Origin: Candidatus Saccharimonadales bacterium
GTDB taxonomy: Bacteria > Patescibacteriota > Saccharimonadia > Saccharimonadales > UBA4665
Length of the DNA: 49,970 nt
Direction: 5' to 3'
Assembly: GCA_038231175.1 (NCBI GenBank)
Contig: JBBRLU010000001.1
Span: 1 to 49,970, forward strand
Shown: positions 9,001 to 14,897 of the stretch, piece after piece
How positions within the stretch are numbered: position 1 is the first letter of the stretch
Layout: each line of letters opens with the position of its first letter
Made by a program: the position numbers and the translations under genes
Notes under the pieces: model-generated
Database searches by the model: none
The model's input: only the letters and a program-made list of their open reading frames with translations
What the model was told of the DNA's origin: nothing

Positions 9001-10790
9001 GTCGACGTACCGCCGCTTTTGCTGTTAATGGCTATTTGTATGTTTTGGCCGGTCACGATGGTGGTGCTAACGTGACCTTGAGCGATATGCAGATTGGTAA
9101 AATTAATACCGAAACCGGGGACATTACGGCCTTTAGTGCCAACGCCAATTATCCAAACAGCAACCCGGTCCCCTATGCTATTACCGCCCGTTGGAACTAT
9201 AGTGGCGCCGCCGCCAATGGCAATATTTATGTGATTGGTGGCTGTAGCAATGGCAGCCCGCCCAACACCTGTGGAACGGCCGGGGTAGATCGCGTCACGC
9301 AGTATATACAGGTCTATAACAACTACAGTGGTTCACCTGCCCAATACAGCAGCACTAATGCTCCGGCTACCACCAGGATTGGAGGCAGTTCAGTAATTTA
9401 TAATGGCCGCATGTACGAAGCTGGGGGCTGTTCCGACATTGCTTGTACAACGGTTACAAATAGCCTCGAGGAGGCGCCAATAAATGCTGATGGAACCCTA
9501 GGCACCTGGACAACAACTGGCATGACGGCCATGGGTACTGCCCGCACCTTCTTTAAATTACTGACAGCCAATGGATATTTGTATGCGTTAGGAGGGCAGG
9601 GCACGAGTGCAGCAACCAGTGCTTTGTCTACGACCGAACGGGCCACGATCGCCACCAACGGCACGGTCGGCGCCTGGACGGCCGATACCACACTTGGTAG
9701 CGCGGGTGGCTCGACCGCGGCGGTAGTAGCCAACTCGCGCAGCGCGCTAAGCGGAGTAGTCTATAACGGCTATATTTATGCAGCGGGTGGTTACAACCAA
9801 GCCAATGCCAGTCAGTCGACCATCTATTACGCGTTGTTAGACACCTCGACCGGTGCCATCGGCACCTGGGCAGCTACGACTAACACCTTTGCTACGGCCC
9901 GTAGCGGCCTCAGTGTGATTGCCTATAACGCTACTTTTTACGTGCTCGGCGGCTTTGATGGCACTAACTATTTACCCGATGTCCAATTTTCAAAGATTAC
10001 AAATGTCGGCAATATTACTACCGCCTTTGCTTTTACCACCAACATGCCCCAGCCCATAAGCAACGCCGTCGTTTACGCCGCTAATGGCTTCATGTACGTC
10101 ATTGGCGGGCGCTCGGCGGCAACTACGTGTACCAACAACACATACGTCAATAATATTATAGCCAACTCTACCATCGTCAATGGTAATAATCCGAGTGGTC
10201 TCGGCAACTGGTCGCAAACCAGCGTAGTCTATGGCACGGCCGCCTCCAGCGCTCGTTATGGGGCCTCGGTAGCCTATGACTCTGGTAAAGTTTACATCTT
10301 AGGCGGCGGTTGTTCGGCCATGGTAGGTGCCACGCCGGCCGACAAAGCTTACTATTCGACCATTCAAGCCCAGCCACAGATCGCAAAATACGGTTATGTT
10401 ATCGACGCAGGCAGTGATGTCTTCCCATCCAAAACCTTATTCAACGGTCTAGACAACGGCATTGGGGCCAGCTGGCAGCTCAATTACCGTTCTTCAACCG
10501 CAGCCGCTGCAGCTTGGGGCCAGAATACTATTTTTGGTAAAACTACACTCGGTACGCCGCAGGCCTATGTGCCGGTAGACAGTGCCGGCACCAACACTAA
10601 CTTCTCGCAGTACCACTATATCGAATTGACGATTGATGTCTCCCAAGCCTTTGGTTTTCCGGAAGACGTCAGTCGTGGCCCGACCATCACCGACTTAACC
10701 TTCCAGTTTACTTCCGATCCGAGCAAGCGTTTACGTAACGGCAAAACCTTCATTGGCGGCGAACAGCAGCCATTGGATACACCGTTCTAG
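6024..10790 (+). CDS. Membrane-anchored Kelch-repeat (beta-propeller) surface protein, 1588 aa
   Basis: N-terminal Pro/Ala-rich segment followed by a hydrophobic helix (YVVRFGVAVVISTILVGEVIPLI). I count 18 blade signatures of the type NGY[ILV]Y..GG (GGFIYVIGG, NGYLFAIGG, NRMYLYGG, NGYVYTLGG ... SGKVYILGG), each typically followed by W/T-rich strands (GTWTT, NTWQ). Confidence 0.85.
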   Translation: MDYPTRPRLADAPPAALAPAVVQAASVTAPKTISLQIRLPRSWARPLRWLHQNAQAHRYVVRFGVAVVISTILVGEVIPLIQPRLAAKAYAYEDAASLLPDKNGAMGGLLRLDDKTQEFTFNAGYDPFAANPGGLSNTGGALISATAHVDGSKGVQVTDPTNKVDFTIKPKFDLLPGHKDGNRLIYPLADRSGWLVYTMQARGVKEDVILNRSNGDSAKYAYNLVLGDAFAARLLPSGDIGIYGSSLPINGQVSTSNDKDAQLLIKVRKQAVKNNLLYTLPAPYVKGIHNKEASVKTNYSLKGSVLSVNVSGLKHASYPLTIDPSVYVKSAQKLMRGNNETNVDFDVTNNQILKGSVTGARIPDWSVGPNSLPGKVWNAGVVVAGGFIYVIGGNSGSADLSTVYWAQLDTVLASTNANYQDIGTWQTNAGYNLPNARVGIGAIAYNGYLFAIGGQGASCSSGATAGSTTVCNTVYTSKLGANGEPNTWVQRGNLSTERRYAGVAAFENRMYLYGGQSGASGYTGSVATSEYAEINPDGSLGTWTTTGAGSQLSTARYGLSAMAYNGYVYTLGGRTAGGAVNTVEYAKITSTGLNTWQATNGFTTGRLSLGGAIATALNGYMYVSGGCTTTDANGNCTANATDLQVASINSDGTLSTWTTQQQVNNVTPTSISRTSYGGGLVAWRGTIYSVGGCSAAMVTNNCPAASTLTTNVWGVVTDDGFVGPSQSGTGVATPLPAAAGGLAVGVVINNGYIYSVGGCTITSGACTSTAGTIYYMPIASNGSIGTTWAVTTKGIGQAAGAAVGLAAIGIAVFNNTMFVTGGETSGGGASANTYSAPINPSGDITTNWATATGTSSALAAAVLSPFMFARTNLTTPSQGYLYTVGGCTGTTSSIGCTGYVATVRRCNITATGVTAASCANQTIILPNTGIGIFGGAVYGNFIYVAGGANGAGAAQTNTVYYAKFDASGNLVNPTDGTAASGFKLATGTLTEIRRRTAAFAVNGYLYVLAGHDGGANVTLSDMQIGKINTETGDITAFSANANYPNSNPVPYAITARWNYSGAAANGNIYVIGGCSNGSPPNTCGTAGVDRVTQYIQVYNNYSGSPAQYSSTNAPATTRIGGSSVIYNGRMYEAGGCSDIACTTVTNSLEEAPINADGTLGTWTTTGMTAMGTARTFFKLLTANGYLYALGGQGTSAATSALSTTERATIATNGTVGAWTADTTLGSAGGSTAAVVANSRSALSGVVYNGYIYAAGGYNQANASQSTIYYALLDTSTGAIGTWAATTNTFATARSGLSVIAYNATFYVLGGFDGTNYLPDVQFSKITNVGNITTAFAFTTNMPQPISNAVVYAANGFMYVIGGRSAATTCTNNTYVNNIIANSTIVNGNNPSGLGNWSQTSVVYGTAASSARYGASVAYDSGKVYILGGGCSAMVGATPADKAYYSTIQAQPQIAKYGYVIDAGSDVFPSKTLFNGLDNGIGASWQLNYRSSTAAAAAWGQNTIFGKTTLGTPQAYVPVDSAGTNTNFSQYHYIELTIDVSQAFGFPEDVSRGPTITDLTFQFTSDPSKRLRNGKTFIGGEQQPLDTPF

Positions 10791-10799
10791 GAACAGATT

Positions 10800-11837
10800 A
10801 TGTTTAAGAAGATATTAAAAACCAGCACCGAAACATCAGACCCTCAGCAGGCCGAGTCGTGGGCAAAATGGCTTAGCGATGAGCCGTTTGAGGCGCCCCA
10901 CATAGCTACGCCACCGCCTCAGTCGGAAGCTATAGCAACGCCTCAGCCGGCCGCCTCAGCTGCGCCCGCAAGCCCGCCGCGTGGCCAAACCTACCGGGCT
11001 AATTATTGCCAACCGGCGCGTAGCTATACGGCTTCGCCGCCAGTCCTTCAGCGGCGTCCAGCGACTGTAATGCCGCCCACGGCTACTGCGCCAGTAGCGA
11101 ACGCCGCGTCTGCGCCCATGGGGGCTAATGAACCACAAGCCACGCCTACCGTCTCACTACAGATTTCTATTCCGGCCGTCAAGGTGCCACACGGCGTGCG
11201 AACAACCGCTGTCGCAGCCCAACGGCTAGCTGTCATATATGCTCGCGCTATACAGCGCCTGGCCTTAACAGTCTATACCTCGGCTAAGGCCCACAAGCGA
11301 GCAACTAGCGGGCTAGTTGTAGTCGGCGCAGTTGTAGCCGTAGGCTTGATAGGTGCCCAAGTTTTTACACAAATCAAGCATTCGCCGGGGACTCGAGCAA
11401 TACCAACTGCAGCGGCTAGCGCTGTACAACCAGCGGCTGATCCGACGGTACCTGCGCAGCCGACGTTCGCCGTTGTGATTCCTAAATCGCGTCCAGAACT
11501 GGCTCAGGCCACAGCTGGAAAATCGTTCTTTGACAGTAAACGTAACAGCTATAGCTACAATGATGACTTCCAATACAGGACTATCCTAGTCAGTGAGCAG
11601 TTAGTACCAGCCAAATTTAAGACCGAGGGCGAAGCCCTGACGAACGTTGCACAACAAGTGGGCGCTAAAGAAGTTATGGCCACGGCTAACGGCGCCGCAT
11701 ATCTGGGTACCGATGCCAAATCTGGCCAGCAAACCATCGTCTATGTTACGAAAGGCATTCTGATATTCATCCAAAGTCCTTTCAGTTACACGGCCCTCAA
11801 ATGGCAACCGTATCTAGAAGCTTTACACCAGGTGTGA
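10800..11837 (+). CDS. Single-pass membrane protein, function unknown (Pro/Ala-rich N-terminus, one TM helix, ~150-aa C-terminal domain)
   Basis: The ATG lies 9 nt after the Kelch gene stop. TM segment is GLVVVGAVVAVGLIGAQVF. It shares a TVSLQISIP motif with the Kelch protein N-terminus (TISLQIRLP). No family recognised. Confidence 0.6.
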   Translation: MFKKILKTSTETSDPQQAESWAKWLSDEPFEAPHIATPPPQSEAIATPQPAASAAPASPPRGQTYRANYCQPARSYTASPPVLQRRPATVMPPTATAPVANAASAPMGANEPQATPTVSLQISIPAVKVPHGVRTTAVAAQRLAVIYARAIQRLALTVYTSAKAHKRATSGLVVVGAVVAVGLIGAQVFTQIKHSPGTRAIPTAAASAVQPAADPTVPAQPTFAVVIPKSRPELAQATAGKSFFDSKRNSYSYNDDFQYRTILVSEQLVPAKFKTEGEALTNVAQQVGAKEVMATANGAAYLGTDAKSGQQTIVYVTKGILIFIQSPFSYTALKWQPYLEALHQV

Positions 11838-11875
11838 CCAAAAAATTTATCCACAGGATTTTAGCAATAAAACAC

Positions 11876-11905
11876 TTTACAACCAGGGTAGTAGGGGTCT
11901 ACAAT
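11876..11905 (+). promoter_or_regulatory. Sigma-70-type promoter, TTTACA-18 nt-TACAAT, with no start codon nearby
   Basis: TTTACA at 11876-11881 and TACAAT at 11900-11905 with an 18-nt spacer. No ATG/GTG with a Shine-Dalgarno sequence (SD) follows within 40 nt. Confidence 0.45.
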
Positions 11906-12084
11906 TAAGTTCAGATTACACAAAACAAACAGCAGATCAAACCAATAAACAAATGAACACAAATAACTCAACTATTAGACGCTTCGCCTTTGGTGCCTCT
12001 CCGTAACTCCTACGGATAGGTAGCCAGTAAACTAAAACCAAAAACTATAGCAAATAAACAAAAAATCAAAAAAGGGCCAAGATC

Positions 12085-12207
12085 GTGAAACGAGACAAAA
12101 AACAACAAGACGACCGATTATTAAAACAGTTAACTCGTCAGGAAAGAAAACAGCAGGAAGCTTTAAGAAAACTTATCTTAAGCGACAAGCTATTCCAGTT
12201 CGTGTGA
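12085..12207 (+). CDS. Possible 40-aa Lys/Gln/Arg-rich small ORF (GTG start) inside the A-rich unit
   Basis: VKRDKKQQDDRLLKQLTRQERKQQEALRKLILSDKLFQFV. Weak SD (AAGGG) about 9 nt upstream. The composition could simply reflect the A-rich DNA. Confidence 0.2.
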   Translation: MKRDKKQQDDRLLKQLTRQERKQQEALRKLILSDKLFQFV

Positions 12208-12245
12208 TCCGTTAAGCCCCGTTAGAAAAACAAAAACAAACATAT

Positions 12246-12275
12246 AAAAACGCCAGGTCCAAACTGGCGTTTTTT
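12246..12275 (+). terminator. Rho-independent terminator
   Basis: AAAAACGCCAG-gtccaaa-CTGGCGTTTTTT: GC-rich stem with a 7-nt loop, followed by a T-run and preceded by an A-run. Confidence 0.75.
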
Positions 12276-12347
12276 CTGCATCTGTTAAAGTATGCTATGG
12301 CTAGTACTATACGGCTATTTTTATATAGTTTTGATAGCTTGAGCGGC

Positions 12348-12375
12348 TTGGCGCGGCGCTCGAAAATGCTATACT
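12348..12375 (+). promoter_or_regulatory. parA promoter, TTGGCG-16 nt-(TGc)TATACT; the start codon is 12 nt downstream
   Basis: Extended -10 TGCTATACT at 12367-12375. No SD before the ATG at 12388. Confidence 0.45.
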
Positions 12376-12387
12376 TACACTAAGCTT

Positions 12388-13146
12388 ATGACACAAAAAA
12401 TTATTGCCGTGGTGAATCAAAAGGGAGGAGTGGGGAAGACCACAACCACTATTAACGTTGCCGCTCAGTTAGCCTCTGCCGGCCATTCGGTTTTACTAGC
12501 CGACCTAGATCCGCAGGGCAACGCTACTAGCGGATTGGGTCTCGATAAACACGGTCCGGTAACAATGTATGAATTACTATGCCACGACCAGCAACTGCCG
12601 CAAGCGGTGCTGGAAACCAACGTCGCACAATTATTCGTCATTAGTGCCAATACCAATCTGGCCGGCGCCGAAATCGAGCTCGTCGACCGCGAGCGCCGCG
12701 AATTTGCCTTGCAGCAGGTGCTGCAAGCCGCCGACTACGACTACATCGTCATCGATTGTCCGCCGTCGCTCGGTCTGCTGACTATCAATGCCTTGACGGC
12801 TGCCACTCAGGTACTGATGCCGGTCCAGGCCGAATACTACGCACTGGAAGGTCTTAGCCAATTATTAAACACCGTCCAAGCCGTCAAGCACAGCACCAAC
12901 CCCGAGCTCGAACTATTAGGCGTCGTCCTGACGATGTACGACAAGCGCACCAGCCTCAGCGAACAAGTCCGTGACGAAGTTAAAAAATACTTCGGCGAGA
13001 ATCTATTCACGACCGTCATCCCGCGCAACATCCGGCTGGCCGAAGCACCAAGCTACGGCAAGACTATCTTTGAACACGATAAGTGGAGTAAGGGTGCCCG
13101 GGCCTACAAAGCGCTGACTAAGGAAATTATCAGCCGAACCCAATAA
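12388..13146 (+). CDS. parA: ParA/Soj chromosome-partitioning ATPase
   Basis: Deviant Walker A NQKGGVGKTTT, DLDPQGN, IVIDCPPSLG; 252 aa, typical length. Confidence 0.92.
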   Translation: MTQKIIAVVNQKGGVGKTTTTINVAAQLASAGHSVLLADLDPQGNATSGLGLDKHGPVTMYELLCHDQQLPQAVLETNVAQLFVISANTNLAGAEIELVDRERREFALQQVLQAADYDYIVIDCPPSLGLLTINALTAATQVLMPVQAEYYALEGLSQLLNTVQAVKHSTNPELELLGVVLTMYDKRTSLSEQVRDEVKKYFGENLFTTVIPRNIRLAEAPSYGKTIFEHDKWSKGARAYKALTKEIISRTQ

Positions 13147-13167
13147 CTGGTGCGCCGCAACAGCGAC

Positions 13168-14037
13168 TTATTGTAACTGAGCTAGTATTTTGTGTAGTTC
13201 GTCGTCGGACCTGAACGTGATTTCCAAACGACCACCTTTGGCGGTGCGCTTAAGCTGGACCGCTGCGCCCAGCTGTTTGGCCAGGGCCCTGGTAGCCGGG
13301 GTTTCGGTTTCGATGCGTTGGCGGACGGCGGCCGGCTCTTTGACACCGGCTTTGAGGCTGGCGACGTAGCGCTCGGCTTGGCGGACGCTCCAAGCTTGAT
13401 TGATAATGTGCTGGAGTAGGCTAGCTTGTTCCTTATCCTGGCCCTTCAAGGCTAAGATTGCTCGGGCGTGGCCCTCGCTGATCTGGTGACTGGCCAAGGC
13501 CGCCTGGGCGGCAGTCGGTAATTGTAATAAGCGCACCAGATTATTGACGGTCGACGGAGCTTTGCCGAGTCGTTTGGCGATGACTTCGTAGGCCACCGAG
13601 AACTGATCGTGCAAGCGGTGCAGACTGAGGGCCTGTTCGAGTGGGCTTAAGTCGACGCGCTGGACGTTTTCGACCAGGGCGATCTCTAATTGCTGCAATT
13701 CCTTTAAGCTGCGGACGATGGCCGGCACGGTGTTTAAGCCGGCCAGTTTAGCGGCTCGCCAGCGGCGCTCGCCGGCTACGATCTGGTACCGCTTGTTGCC
13801 GAGTGATCGGACTACCAGCGGCAACAGCACGCCGTGCTCGGTAATCGAGTCGGCCAGTTCTTGCAAGGCACCGGCGTCAAAGTGACGGCGCGGTTGCCTG
13901 GCGTCGGCCTCGACGCTATCGAGCGCCAGCTTCTGGATCCGCTCATCGTCATTCGGCAGCAGCAGCGTCTTGTCGAACGTCTGGGGCAACAAGGTTTCAA
14001 ACCCGCGTCCGAGACCCCGTTTTGGTGTTTGGCTCAT
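13168..14037 (-). CDS. parB: ParB/Spo0J partition protein
   Basis: ParB-box GERRWRAAKLAGL, an N-terminal RGLGRG motif, and an HTH region (SQEELAKRLGK-like: VAYEVIAKRLGKAPSTVNN). Confidence 0.9.
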   Translation of the reverse strand: MSQTPKRGLGRGFETLLPQTFDKTLLLPNDDERIQKLALDSVEADARQPRRHFDAGALQELADSITEHGVLLPLVVRSLGNKRYQIVAGERRWRAAKLAGLNTVPAIVRSLKELQQLEIALVENVQRVDLSPLEQALSLHRLHDQFSVAYEVIAKRLGKAPSTVNNLVRLLQLPTAAQAALASHQISEGHARAILALKGQDKEQASLLQHIINQAWSVRQAERYVASLKAGVKEPAAVRQRIETETPATRALAKQLGAAVQLKRTAKGGRLEITFRSDDELHKILAQLQ

Positions 14038-14070
14038 ATTACTATAAGCGTAGCATATGCCTAATCAGTA

Positions 14071-14796
14071 TTAAAACGATTTAATCTGATTGGTCGGGAA
14101 AACCCGGACCACCAGTTTGCCGACGATCTGATTGGCGTTGATCGGGCCGAAGGCTCGGGAGTCGAGCGAATCGGGACGGTTATCACCGGACACGAACAAC
14201 TGATCGGTGCTGAGGGTGACATCTATATCACCGGAAGTAGTCGGGAAGTTGGGGTAGGCGTAGCCCAGGGTCTTGTCGGGTTGGAAGCCGTCGGGGTGGG
14301 CGCCGTTATGGATCGTGATGGTGCCGTCTTTGACGACTACCCGGTCACCGGGCAGGCCGATGACACGCTTGATCAGCTGCTTGCTATCTTCTTGGCCGAA
14401 CTGGCCGAGACCGCTCTCGGTAAAGACGATGACGTCGCCGCGCTTAGGGATATAGGCGTGGTGCGTCAGACGGGCCCAGGTACGCGGCACCTTCCAGATA
14501 ATCAGCTTATCCTGATTCTGCAGCGTCTGCTGCATGCTGGGGCCGTCGACCTGGTAGGAGCGGAAAACGAAGCCGATCATGAATAAGGCGACCAGCAGAG
14601 CCGTCACCAGGATGCCGACCGTCGAGGCGAAATCACGCCAGCCGCTACCGCTGTTATTATCGCCGCTGCGGGCTGCCGTAGCCGAGGGCAAAGGTGTGAT
14701 GCGTGGTTCTGTCTGAGCTTGGACGGGGGTCAGATTACCCGGCGGCTGGTGGACCGGATCGGGCTGGCGAGCCGGTGGTAAAATGTCGTTGTTCAT
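14071..14796 (-). CDS. lepB: Signal peptidase I (S26) with Pro-rich N-terminal extension and TM anchor
   Basis: Catalytic Ser box GPSMQQTL, Lys box KRVIGLPGD, and the GDNRPDSLDSR box. Confidence 0.9.
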   Translation of the reverse strand: MNNDILPPARQPDPVHQPPGNLTPVQAQTEPRITPLPSATAARSGDNNSGSGWRDFASTVGILVTALLVALFMIGFVFRSYQVDGPSMQQTLQNQDKLIIWKVPRTWARLTHHAYIPKRGDVIVFTESGLGQFGQEDSKQLIKRVIGLPGDRVVVKDGTITIHNGAHPDGFQPDKTLGYAYPNFPTTSGDIDVTLSTDQLFVSGDNRPDSLDSRAFGPINANQIVGKLVVRVFPTNQIKSF

Positions 14797-14805
14797 TAAT
14801 AGTCA

Positions 14806-14814
14806 ACTATACCA
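14806..14814 (-). promoter_or_regulatory. lepB extended -10 (TGGTATAGT on the - strand), 9 nt from the ATG
   Basis: The reverse complement of 14806-14814 reads TGGTATAGT. Only 9 nt (tgactatta) separate it from the start codon, and there is no SD. Confidence 0.4.
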
Positions 14815-14854
14815 TAGGTGATAGGCACAGGCGTTGTTAAATAATCGTTAGCGG

Positions 14855-14884
14855 TTTACAGATTAAGCGTTAACGAGTTATACT
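14855..14884 (+). promoter_or_regulatory. LCP-gene promoter, TTTACA-18 nt-TATACT; the ATG is 13 nt downstream
   Basis: TTTACA at 14855-14860 and TATACT at 14879-14884. No SD before the ATG at 14898. Confidence 0.45.
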
Positions 14885-14897
14885 ACAGGCACTAAAG

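Larger units (their letters stand above)
11912..12275 (+). ncRNA. Candidate ~360-nt A-rich transcript (promoter-to-terminator unit); coding status unresolved
   Basis: Bounded by the promoter at 11876-11905 and the intrinsic terminator at 12246-12275. The + strand is dominated by A with many AAnAAnAA/CAAA runs. One internal 10-bp hairpin (CCTCTCCGTA-actcc-TACGGATAGG, ~11997-12021, one mismatch). No match to tmRNA, RNase P, SRP or 6S features that I can recognise. Confidence 0.3.

Noticed and set aside
7477-10386. Antisense and off-frame ORFs inside the Kelch gene (7477-7659, 8084-8269, 9398-9733, 9990-10386).
   Set aside because: They are short, Arg/His/Pro-rich or low-complexity, carry no signals, and are embedded in a clearly coding frame.
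11847-11855. Perfect DnaA box TTATCCACA in an AT-rich gap next to parA/parB; possible oriC.
   Set aside because: Only one box is present. I found no cluster of near-consensus boxes, no obvious DNA-unwinding-element repeats, and no dnaA/dnaN nearby. The same 9-mer also occurs by chance inside proS (27949-27957). A GC-skew analysis of the whole genome would be needed to revisit this.
12083-12092. parS-like half sites (CGTGAAAC at ~12084-12091 and GTGAAACA at ~14924-14931) flanking the par locus.
   Set aside because: Only one half of the 16-bp palindrome matches in each case. An 8-mer is expected about once by chance in 50 kb on two strands.
12137-12160. GTCAGGAAAGAAAACAGCAGGAAGC resembles the SRP RNA domain IV string (CAGG..GGAAG..AGCAGC).
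   Set aside because: No complementary strand exists to form helix 8, and there are no flanking helices. The resemblance is compositional.
13812-14064. ORFs 13812-14000 (-) and 13834-14064 (+) overlapping parB, and 14273-14586 (+) overlapping lepB.
   Set aside because: These are alternative frames of well-supported genes, with no independent signals.
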